Shown: positions 36,302 through 46,200 of the stretch, in pieces
Layout of the letters: each line of letters begins with the position of its first letter
How positions within the stretch are numbered: the stretch's first letter is position 1
IMG/VR virus record: IMGVR_UViG_3300031867_005677
Location: 11,990 to 75,989 of that record
Strand: one strand, 5' to 3'
DNA length: 64,000 nucleotides
Source of the DNA: a virus
Lineage: Duplodnaviria > Caudoviricetes
Program-made: the position numbers and the translations under genes
Notes under the pieces: model-generated
What the model was told of the DNA's origin: nothing
The model's database searches: none
The model's input: the letters and a program-made list of their open reading frames with translations, nothing else

Positions 36302-37642
36302 TTATTTATTTACTGCATGTATTTCTGAAATACTATTAACAATTAATGTTGGTTTACCAATAAAATCATCTAAATCAAAACAATTACAATATGACATTGC
36401 CGATTGTAAATAACTTATCATATTTTCTACCCAACCAGCTAACGTATATTTAACAGGAAGCCATTTAGTAATTCCTTCAGCTGTTTTTGTTTTCTTTCCA
36501 TTTATAGATTTCTGTCCATCGGCGGAAGCCATACCAAAGAACTTAACATCAATAAGCCCAATACATTTTTCTTCTGTTAATATTTTTTTACGTTCATTAT
36601 ATTTTCTTAATGCTTCAATATATTCTTTAGATGTTGTTCCAAGAGATAATTCAAAGTTATTTAATTCTTTAAACCAAGGTTCTAATAAATGGATCCAATA
36701 AGATTCTTTATAATACCCATATACATTTCCTTTTGAATCAACTCTAAAGTTTTCATATTTATCTATTGGTAACTTGATATAAGTTTTTTGATTAATTGTT
36801 TTATTAACTTTATCACCAGCAGATTCTATACATTGAGCAAATACACTACCAATCATTACATAATCAGCACCTAATGCTAATGCTTTAATAACATGATCAT
36901 AATTACGAATTCCACCATCTGCAATAATTTTTGGTAATTCATAATCATACATTGGTGCGGTATAAGGAATAGTTTTTATTGGCTTCTTTTCTTTAATTAA
37001 TTTTTGTTTAACTTGATAACATTCATCAATAAGAGATGCTTGTGGGTAATGGATAGAAACATTAGATGAAGTTATGCACCCGGCCCCAGCACCGATACCA
37101 ACTCTAATATAATCAACTGCACATTTCTTTTTACCATTTTTATCATAATATATAGCATTATCACAAATCCATTCATAAGTTTTAGAATTTGCTATATTAC
37201 CTGTCATAATTGTTAATTTATAATCATATTTATCTGCTAATAGTTTTGCTGCTCTACAAGTTTCATATAATGATTTCATATGACCATTTGCAATATCAAT
37301 AACTACAAAATATGCTGTTCTAAAATCATCAGCCATTTTTTCTGCATTATCTATAAATAATTCGTTAAACTCTTTTAATGATAATGCTACCCAAGTTTGA
37401 TCTTTTAAATGTAACTTACGAATTTCAAAATTAATATTTCTTGGTAAAATAGGAATTATACCATTATTTATAAACTGATCTAAATTTTCTACTCCTACCA
37501 CACTTGCCATTGGTGCTGTAAATATTGGTAACCATTTATTTGAAACAAATGGATTACATCTTGAACGAGATGAAACATTAGAAATTATTTCTGGTACTAA
37601 TGTCAAATCATTATAAGAATATCCTTTTATATTTTGTATCAT
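36302..37642 (-). CDS. guaC: GMP reductase (IMPDH/GMPR family) with a large insertion
   Basis: DIANGH, GNIA, RVGIGAGAGCIT, IIADGGI, KALALGADYVMIG, FFGMAS, TAEG; no CBS domains. The motifs look closer to GuaC than GuaB. Confidence 0.75.
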   Translation of the reverse strand: MIQNIKGYSYNDLTLVPEIISNVSSRSRCNPFVSNKWLPIFTAPMASVVGVENLDQFINNGIIPILPRNINFEIRKLHLKDQTWVALSLKEFNELFIDNAEKMADDFRTAYFVVIDIANGHMKSLYETCRAAKLLADKYDYKLTIMTGNIANSKTYEWICDNAIYYDKNGKKKCAVDYIRVGIGAGAGCITSSNVSIHYPQASLIDECYQVKQKLIKEKKPIKTIPYTAPMYDYELPKIIADGGIRNYDHVIKALALGADYVMIGSVFAQCIESAGDKVNKTINQKTYIKLPIDKYENFRVDSKGNVYGYYKESYWIHLLEPWFKELNNFELSLGTTSKEYIEALRKYNERKKILTEEKCIGLIDVKFFGMASADGQKSINGKKTKTAEGITKWLPVKYTLAGWVENMISYLQSAMSYCNCFDLDDFIGKPTLIVNSISEIHAVNK

Positions 37643-37664
37643 CCTCTATTATATATAAATATAT

Positions 37665-37946
37665 TTAATCATAATATCTCCAACAATCATGTTCTGTATT
37701 TAATATATAATCAAAATGTTCCATTAACTCTTCTTCTGTATCAAAAGGATCCATTTGATCATACCCATCACATATTATACAATAAAATTCTTCTTTATTT
37801 ATTTCATTATTAAAATATGTAAAACCAAGTTTAACTTTAGTTCCTTTAATGAAATATTCACAATAATTCTTTATATCTTGTTTATCATAATATTCAGGCC
37901 AAGTTCCTGGTTGTTTATCAATTATTTTTGCTATTTTATTTTTCAT
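37665..37946 (-). CDS. Hypothetical protein
   Basis: Start likely MKNKIAK. Confidence 0.5.
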   Translation of the reverse strand: MKNKIAKIIDKQPGTWPEYYDKQDIKNYCEYFIKGTKVKLGFTYFNNEINKEEFYCIICDGYDQMDPFDTEEELMEHFDYILNTEHDCWRYYD

Positions 37947-37951
37947 ATTTT

Positions 37952-38533
37952 TTACCAATTTGATGTATCTGTTATTTCATATTTAAAATCACTTGTTTGA
38001 ACACTAATAATATACCCAAGCCCGGTTCCCATAAAACTAACTTCTATTTGTTCACCTTTATCTACAACATATTTTTCCCATATTGCATTAAATCTATAAA
38101 ATTCTACTTTATTAAATGATGGACCATATTTACAGAATTTTTCATAATCTTTTTGAAGTTTATCCTCAGGAATATCTAATTTAATATCTGTATCTTCAAG
38201 ATTTTCTTTGATATTACAACCATGACATCTTATTAATTTATCAAATATATCCCATTTATTATTCGATTTATATGTAATAGATGTTCCTCCTCCAATAGTA
38301 CCAAATTTATTAAATCCTGTTGTTTTATCAATTCGACAATCTTTATGATCTTCAACAAATTTAAGATAATGTTTATATTGATTAAATGTCAACTTAAACA
38401 TATCTTGATGAAATCCATAAACCCTTTCTAATTCTTCAGTTTTATATTCGTTTAATGTATCATTATTAATATAATCATATAAAACTTTGATAGAACTATC
38501 ATCATTAAATTTATATAATTTATCTTGTGCCAT
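37952..38533 (-). CDS. Hypothetical protein with two internal repeats (F.K.E..RF..F/W...H; G.IGGG / GTGLG)
   Basis: 193-aa ORF. Confidence 0.55.
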   Translation of the reverse strand: MAQDKLYKFNDDSSIKVLYDYINNDTLNEYKTEELERVYGFHQDMFKLTFNQYKHYLKFVEDHKDCRIDKTTGFNKFGTIGGGTSITYKSNNKWDIFDKLIRCHGCNIKENLEDTDIKLDIPEDKLQKDYEKFCKYGPSFNKVEFYRFNAIWEKYVVDKGEQIEVSFMGTGLGYIISVQTSDFKYEITDTSNW

Positions 38534-38547
38534 AATCTAGTTTGTAT

Positions 38548-41500
38548 TTAAAATGGTATTTCTTCATTTTCAAATTCGTTAAATTGAATTGGTAATGATT
38601 CATTTTTATTTATCTTATTATCTTTATTCTCTTCTTGTGGTGTTAAATAAGAGAATAATTGATCTCTCATTTGATTAGTATTTTCTTGCTTACGCATAAA
38701 TCTATCATTAGACTTATCTAACTCACTATAATTGAAATAATCAAATTCTTTATGGATTATTTCTGGTAATTCATTAATAACATCTTCTAACTTAACCTTT
38801 TCATTATGTTCAAATTCAGGAACAATTTCTTCTTCCTCTTCTTTATTATCATCTTCTTTCATATCATCCATAAGTTGTTGTAAGAAGAATGTTTGTGTAT
38901 TCCAATCCCCATAGATATTATTCAATTGTTGTTTATTTTTCCAAATTAACTCAAATGGTTGAATTGTAATAGTTCCATTCTTTGGTTTTGAATGTACAAT
39001 AATAATATCCCAATATTCTTTTACTAATTCAAACATTGTTTCAGCATATTGTAAATCATCAACAATAAGATTCTTAATTGAGTTACACCATTTACATGTC
39101 CATTCAGCTAAGAAAACTTCAATATCATGTTTTGTAACTTGAGGATTTTCTGATGCCCAGTTTTGTGAATCTTTAATAAATTTTAAAACTGGAAAATCAA
39201 GTCTCTTCTTTTTTCTAGATGATTCTATATTTACGAATCTTTGTATTCTCCTAAGTTTTGTAAAATTCAATCTATTATTCTTATAATCTATGCAATACTC
39301 ATAAATATCTGAAATTGTTTCGCAATCATAATGTTTATAAAGACTTAATATAACTGGAATATGTTTTTCCAATATCTCAATATCTTCAACATATAGATCA
39401 TTTTCTTGTCGTATCTTTGCATTTTCTAAATCTTTATCTTTAAATATTGAATAATTACCACGAAGTAATTCTCGATACATATCAATATTACCATCAGTAA
39501 TATGATTCAATAATGTTCTAACTTTAATTGTATCTTGATTAAATTTGATATTACGACAAGCTTTCATAAATTCATTAATATTTTCTTTAATAGAATCATC
39601 AACTGCTTTATCACTTGTTATACATTTGACATTATATCCATAATAACGCATTCCTTCCATCATTACATCTAATTGCTTAGAATAATCAGAATATCGTTCC
39701 TCAAATATCTTTAATTTATATGTTGTCTCATCAATATAATATTTACAATCATTCTCATCATATTTAAGATATTTATTTGCACTTAATAATGAACTAATTA
39801 ATGGGTTATATTTTGATTCTTCTTCATTACGTTCCAACATATCATTACAAGTCTTTACTAAATCCCTCGCAAACATCAAATCCTTTTGATTAAAATTCAA
39901 ATCTAATGGTTGTGTATAGTAATAATTAATTGAAGATCCATTATTATCATGTAATGGTAAATATATCTTGATATATAAATCATTATTTCTTAATCTATTT
40001 GCAAATTGTTCTATATCTTGTGGAATCCATGTCTCATTAAAATATACTGAAAATGGTAATCTATCACAAATATCCACACCTACAGAAAGATATGTTGAAC
40101 AAAATACTATATCATTATCACCAACTGTCTTATTTATATTTATATTATCCATTGATTCTTCACCATATTGAGACTTCTTATAATAAAATGCCTTAATTGG
40201 TCTTGTATAGTTTCTTTCATTTAATATCTTTGTGATAATTCCTATTACTTGATCAAAATAAAGATTACCATTATTTGTTGGAAATAATATCTTTCTATTT
40301 TCTTGAATATCAGTTGCCATTGAATTACACATATCAAGTAATTGTTCTGTTGGTGAAGGCACTAAATTAACAATACATTCTTTAATACGAATATCTTCCT
40401 TTTTTACTTTAATATGTTTGATATTAGGAAAGAACAGCATTTCACCTGTTGGTGTACCAGTCATCATGATAATCTTAGCCTTACAATTTGCGAGACGTTG
40501 AATTGTTGGGCCCATTACATCTCTATATGAACTAGTAAACAAAAGATGTGACTCATCAATTACGATATATTCAAATTTAGCGGTATCTAATTCAAATACA
40601 TTTAATCTAGAAAACTTATCAATTGTCATTGACATATTTTGACTACCAAGAATATCTACTAATGTTGGTCTTTTATTACCATAATAATATAACCAATCTG
40701 AAGTCTTCTCATCCGCTTCTACTTTTGCTTTAATAGTTGATGTAAATGGTAAAATCAATAATGTTTTCGCTTTTAATGATTTGATCATTTCTGTCTTACC
40801 ATAACCAGCACCAGCTTCTAACAAAGTTATATGTTCAAGATTCTTAATAATATCATCTTTAATATCACTTAAATATTGATCTTTACGAAGATATAATATT
40901 GTTTGACTAGATTTGCTATTTAATATATGAATAGGATCTGTCTTAGTAGAAGCATTAGTTAATTCTTCTTTAAGTTCTTCTACTTTTTCTTCTTCATCAT
41001 TATCTTTGACTTTAATATTAAATCCATGATAATTATTCAATTCATTTATAGCCCATACACTTATTGGTTTATTATGAATAGCTGCCGTCTTAACATCTCC
41101 TCGTAATTCTCGTGGACTAGTATCTTTACATATACCAACTAATAGATTAAATGCTTTTTGTTCACCGAAAATTGAAGTAAGAGTATTTGCTAATTGCCAA
41201 CGTTGAGCATGCTTATAGTGTTTCTTACCTTTAGATTTAGATAAGTCATATTCATTAACATTATCAATATTAGATATTTCTATATTTTGTGATTTACTAA
41301 AATTATCATTAATAAACCACTCTAATTTTGAAAAAACTTGAACTAAATCGGGATGACTAATCCAATTAATACTTTCAATTCCTGTATTGAATGCACTTTC
41401 AAAATTCACATCTAAACGAACATCATTGAAATTTGTACTCATCATAGCATCATCAGATGATATGAAAATACCTTGTTGTGGTTTAGCCATTGCCATATCC

Positions 41501-42189
41501 ATATACCCAAATATATTCTCTTTAGTATATCCATACTTTTCCATATATTTAGATAATATAATATAAACATATGAATATTTATGTCTGAAATTACAAAGAT
41601 ATTCTACTTTACGATTCTTGAAATCTACTGATATTGGTGTTATCTTAGTCCAAACATGTAATGATTTTTTAGATGCTGACTTACAAATACCAATAAACCA
41701 ATGAAACTTACTTAATTCATTAAATAAATCATTTTTTAATCCATTAGCTATTTTCTCATCTTTAATATCAAGGTCTATAATCTGTAATCCATTCCAAATT
41801 TGAAATGATACATCACCAATAGGACGATTATTTGTAGAAGTTGAATAAACAACTTTACGATTAGCTTTTTCTACTTTTGCATACTCTTCATCATAAAGTA
41901 AATCATAAATTTGTTTCCAGTTCCAAACAATACCTGCCTTTTCATAAACACTATTCAATACAAGACATTCTATCATCTGTAATTGGTCTTCAAAAAATGA
42001 TTGCTTTTCCTCTTCTGTACAATCTGAATATAATATATGTGAATATTTATTTAATTGGATCTGATTTTCTATTTCATTATATTCTTTACTAATACAGCTA
42101 AATGATTCAAGAATATCTGTCAATGATTGTTTCTCTTTATTCTTGTAAATCTCATTTACCTGTTTGATTCTATTAAAGTTATTTAACAT
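38548..42189 (-). CDS. AEP-type primase/VirE-N-like domain fused to an SF2 helicase (origin-binding-protein-like)
   Basis: N-terminal IIDLD and SAS..SLH; central EAGAGYGKT, VIDESH, MTGTP, STYLSVGVDI, QFANRLR. Confidence 0.7.
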   Translation of the reverse strand: MLNNFNRIKQVNEIYKNKEKQSLTDILESFSCISKEYNEIENQIQLNKYSHILYSDCTEEEKQSFFEDQLQMIECLVLNSVYEKAGIVWNWKQIYDLLYDEEYAKVEKANRKVVYSTSTNNRPIGDVSFQIWNGLQIIDLDIKDEKIANGLKNDLFNELSKFHWFIGICKSASKKSLHVWTKITPISVDFKNRKVEYLCNFRHKYSYVYIILSKYMEKYGYTKENIFGYMDMAMAKPQQGIFISSDDAMMSTNFNDVRLDVNFESAFNTGIESINWISHPDLVQVFSKLEWFINDNFSKSQNIEISNIDNVNEYDLSKSKGKKHYKHAQRWQLANTLTSIFGEQKAFNLLVGICKDTSPRELRGDVKTAAIHNKPISVWAINELNNYHGFNIKVKDNDEEEKVEELKEELTNASTKTDPIHILNSKSSQTILYLRKDQYLSDIKDDIIKNLEHITLLEAGAGYGKTEMIKSLKAKTLLILPFTSTIKAKVEADEKTSDWLYYYGNKRPTLVDILGSQNMSMTIDKFSRLNVFELDTAKFEYIVIDESHLLFTSSYRDVMGPTIQRLANCKAKIIMMTGTPTGEMLFFPNIKHIKVKKEDIRIKECIVNLVPSPTEQLLDMCNSMATDIQENRKILFPTNNGNLYFDQVIGIITKILNERNYTRPIKAFYYKKSQYGEESMDNININKTVGDNDIVFCSTYLSVGVDICDRLPFSVYFNETWIPQDIEQFANRLRNNDLYIKIYLPLHDNNGSSINYYYTQPLDLNFNQKDLMFARDLVKTCNDMLERNEEESKYNPLISSLLSANKYLKYDENDCKYYIDETTYKLKIFEERYSDYSKQLDVMMEGMRYYGYNVKCITSDKAVDDSIKENINEFMKACRNIKFNQDTIKVRTLLNHITDGNIDMYRELLRGNYSIFKDKDLENAKIRQENDLYVEDIEILEKHIPVILSLYKHYDCETISDIYEYCIDYKNNRLNFTKLRRIQRFVNIESSRKKKRLDFPVLKFIKDSQNWASENPQVTKHDIEVFLAEWTCKWCNSIKNLIVDDLQYAETMFELVKEYWDIIIVHSKPKNGTITIQPFELIWKNKQQLNNIYGDWNTQTFFLQQLMDDMKEDDNKEEEEEIVPEFEHNEKVKLEDVINELPEIIHKEFDYFNYSELDKSNDRFMRKQENTNQMRDQLFSYLTPQEENKDNKINKNESLPIQFNEFENEEIPF

Positions 42190-42251
42190 TCATTAGTAAA
42201 TATATTTTTTATTAATTTAATATAGATTAACAATTGATTCAAATTCATTTT

Positions 42252-42264
42252 TATTTTTAATAAA
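42252..42264 (+). promoter_or_regulatory. Candidate late promoter TATTTTTAATAAA
   Basis: Exact motif copy upstream of the neck gene. Confidence 0.45.
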
Positions 42265-42294
42265 CCTAAACTTAATTAATTATAAAATTTAATT

Positions 42295-43170
42295 ATGAAT
42301 AATTGTAATTTAAATCCAAGTTCAAATATTAATATAGAACAAACAGCTAATAATTCTTCCCAATCAATGGAAGAATATTTAAAGAATAAACAATTACAAG
42401 AAGATCAAGTTGATTATCAATTCATACAAAGAATTATACAAGAATTAACTCAATCTTGTGCATTACCATTACCTATTCCAGCAGCTTCTATTCCACCACT
42501 TATTATTCAAGCAGCTCAATGGTTTTGGCAAAATTGTGATTTTTGTTTAGAAGAACGTATTTATCTTCTTAAGAATTCTGAATTTAAAAGATGTTGTAAT
42601 AACAAATTGATTAAATTACCACCGCAAATAATGTCGGTATTTGGTGTTTATAAAGTTAATCCAAATTATTACTATGGAGCTATGGGGGATTTCTCACTTG
42701 AACGTATGGTAATCAATAATACTGTATTAGCTAGTGGTGCTGGCGGAAGTTTATCAGATACTTATGGAAATGGTTCTGGATATAATTTATCAGATATGAT
42801 GGCTGGACTTTATGAAATATCAACATTCAAATCTATGTTTGATGTTCCATTAACTTATAATTATAATGAATTTTCTAATTACTTAAATATTATCGGTGAT
42901 TTAGGTCCATCTGATGTAGTTCTAAATACGATGGTCAGATGCAAAATACAAGATTTATATAAGAATTATTATTTCTTTAGATTATGTGTTTGCTTTGGGC
43001 TTAGGAGTATGGCTACGATAATGGGAGCATTCACATTTAGATTACCTGGTGGGAGTGAAATCAACTATCAAGTATTTAGAGATATGGCTAATGAAGAAAT
43101 CCAAAAAATAGAAGAATGGGTACAAAAGAATCATTCAGCTGATTATTTCATAATGAGTAATACAGTTTAA
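42295..43170 (+). CDS. Neck protein, gp13-like
   Basis: C-terminal F.F.LPGG.EINY......A.EE...IE.W matches the T4 gp13-type LPGG motif. Confidence 0.7.
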   Translation: MNNCNLNPSSNINIEQTANNSSQSMEEYLKNKQLQEDQVDYQFIQRIIQELTQSCALPLPIPAASIPPLIIQAAQWFWQNCDFCLEERIYLLKNSEFKRCCNNKLIKLPPQIMSVFGVYKVNPNYYYGAMGDFSLERMVINNTVLASGAGGSLSDTYGNGSGYNLSDMMAGLYEISTFKSMFDVPLTYNYNEFSNYLNIIGDLGPSDVVLNTMVRCKIQDLYKNYYFFRLCVCFGLRSMATIMGAFTFRLPGGSEINYQVFRDMANEEIQKIEEWVQKNHSADYFIMSNTV

Positions 43171-43180
43171 TATATGCAAT

Positions 43181-43209
43181 AATGGAGAACTCGTAAGTTC
43201 TCCATTTTT
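43181..43209. terminator. Terminator between convergent genes
   Basis: aatggagaact-cgta-agttctccatt plus T run. Confidence 0.85.
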
Positions 43210-43215
43210 ATTTAA

Positions 43216-46200
43216 TTATTCTTCAATTCTAATATATGGGAATGACCTCCAAGATGTTGATTTACTTAATGGGTGTGCATGTTGTGATGGGTGGATTTCC
43301 CACATTTGTGATGAACTATATTCTGTAGTTGTCCATAATGCATTAGAACCTAAACTAGTAAGTAAATCTACTTTACAATCTTCTGGATATCTATTTGCAA
43401 TATCACTAAATAAATTAGTAAGACGTTGGAAATTATAACTTAAGAAGAATACCTCGGCAAATGCTGGTATATACCAATCACCATAATTAGTTGATTTAGT
43501 CTTATATTTATATGCACAAGCACACATTGGTGAAAATCTTAAATTAGTATTATTTATAATATTTCCTGATTCATTAAACCAATTTGATATATTATGTTCA
43601 TCTATATTACCATTTTCATCCATAATACTATATTGTTCACCAAATGCTTTAATAATATTCATTGTATTTTCCCAACCATTCCAATCAGAAACAGAACTAT
43701 TTTCATCTATTAAATTACTATTAAATGTATCATCATCATTCAATAGATTAACATTATATATATTTCCTGATGCTGATGCAGGATCATAATACCATCCTCT
43801 ATCATTAGGAGCAGGCCATTTGAATTGTCCAGCTAAAGTTGCATCACCATAATTATTTGGATAAGAATTTTGGTAATTATGATAATCGGTTTGAGGATAT
43901 ATCATATTTTTAGTTAATGTATGTCCTTCATCACTATAACATATATATGGATAATTCTTTAATGTTGGTATATCAATATTATAGAATCCAAATGCTGGAA
44001 CACTATTAGAACTTTGTGAACCACTATTACTAAACTTGAATTCCCCATTATTATCTTTTACCGTTGATAACATTTTAAGGCCAATGTAAATAGAATACTT
44101 TTGTTCTGGTCCAAAATATCCATTGTTCAATATCTTAATTCCAATAGGTCTCCAACCTAAAGAAGGATCAACAATTTCTTTTGATTTAAATCTTTGTCCA
44201 TTTTCATTTTCATAAAGAATAGTAAAGTCAGAAATTGTATCTTTAATATCAAATGTTTCTTCTTCAATAATAGGTTCAATAATTTCAGGGTATTTAATAT
44301 CTTGATATTTATCTAATATTCTATATTGTGCTATAGCATTATGTAGTATATTATTTAATCCATTAATAGTATATTGTAATTTAATATTATAATATCCTGG
44401 AGCATATAAATTATCAATATTATCATTTGTGATAATTGTCAAGTTAGTATTTGAATTAACATCATAAACACTATTAATATCATATATTCTTGATACTGTC
44501 CATTTATTATTCAAATCAATATTGAATTGATAATCATTATTATTGACTCCAACAATAACTAAATCATCTTTATTGAATTGATTATACCCATTAGCTTTCT
44601 TAATAACCATTCTATTAATTAAGAACTTATCAACACTATAATCATTATATACAATACGATATCCACCAATTATATGTTCTTTATCATGAATATTCAATAA
44701 ATCAGCATCAGGATAAGATGCAATTGGGTATTGGGATATTGCTACTATATACCATTCTTTATCATCATGCATCAAATAATAATCATAAATAACATTATTT
44801 TCTTTTAATTGGTATTTGTAAGATAAATCAGAGTTAAAAAATGTTTGATATAATGATGTATAATCTGCATTAGGATCATATTGCATTTTACCATTATTTT
44901 TTAATGGAGCAGTTTGTGTGGTATTTATTTGATTTATAGAATACCAATATAAATCTACGGTAGTATGATCTACTCGGGTATTACCAAGTTTAGTATATAA
45001 ATATTTGAATGCACGTCCATTATAACGATATAATGTATCAATTACTTCACCATTATTTATAATATCAAATTTGTTAATACTTCCTTCAATATCATCTAAA
45101 ATTGGTAAATCATATTCAATACCTTCATAAACCATATGATAATGAATTAATAAATTATTAATATTCATAGGTTCTAAAGGTATATTATCTCTATAAAATC
45201 TTATAGTTGAATCAGGGTATTCTTCTACTATATCCCCTAAATAATTTCTCCAACCTTTGATTATATTATTTATTCCACCATTATAAGGAGACCATTCTTC
45301 CCAACTTTGGCCAATTGATAAACTATAATCTTCTAATTTTATAATATAATCTATACCACCCCATTCTTCAACATATATATCAAATATATGAATTCTATTA
45401 TAATATTTAGTATTATATGGAACTTTTAAAATGTTTGAATAATATTTCTTATAGAATTCATACATCTTATGTTGATCAGGGTTATTTGTACCATCATCAG
45501 TCTCTAATAACTTATCTATAAATGTCAATAATTTATCATTATCTTCACTATCTTTACCTTTAAATAATGTATTAATTGTAACTAAATCTGGTTCATAGAT
45601 AAATGAATTGAATTTTAATGGAGACAATGATCTTAATTGTTTAAATGGATAATAAACACTATCATCTTTTGTAATTTCATATTTATATTCCAATCTACCT
45701 AAATCTAGATAAATATTTGGAGTAACAATTCTAAAATCATAATTAAACCATTTATCATTTACCATTAAACTTAATCTAAAATATGCCTTTTCATAATCAA
45801 TATTATTATTTAATAACCTTGGTATTAATATAAAATTCATATAATATTGATTACTATTTTGGTAATAATTAAAGTTATTATCATCTACTAAATAAATAGT
45901 TTGAATATCATATCTATCTTTAGAATCTATCCTTATATATTTATCATAATATTTAATATAATTTTCATTAGATAAATCATCAGATTCCGAAAAATCAGAT
46001 TTATAGAATTTTTCTTTATAAATATATCTATCTCCTAATTTAATATAATGACCTGATGGATCTTGATTAATTGTTGTAGCTGTTAATATAAGCTTACAAT
46101 TAAAATAATATTCAGAAATTTTTAAATAACGATTATCAATATAATCAGATAAATCTTGAATATCTTCATTCTTAACTATACTAAAATGAGTAGCATCAAA

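Noticed and set aside
36548-36815. Intein in the GMP reductase
   Set aside because: No N-terminal C/S block or C-terminal HN-(C/S/T) splice motif, and no homing endonuclease motif.
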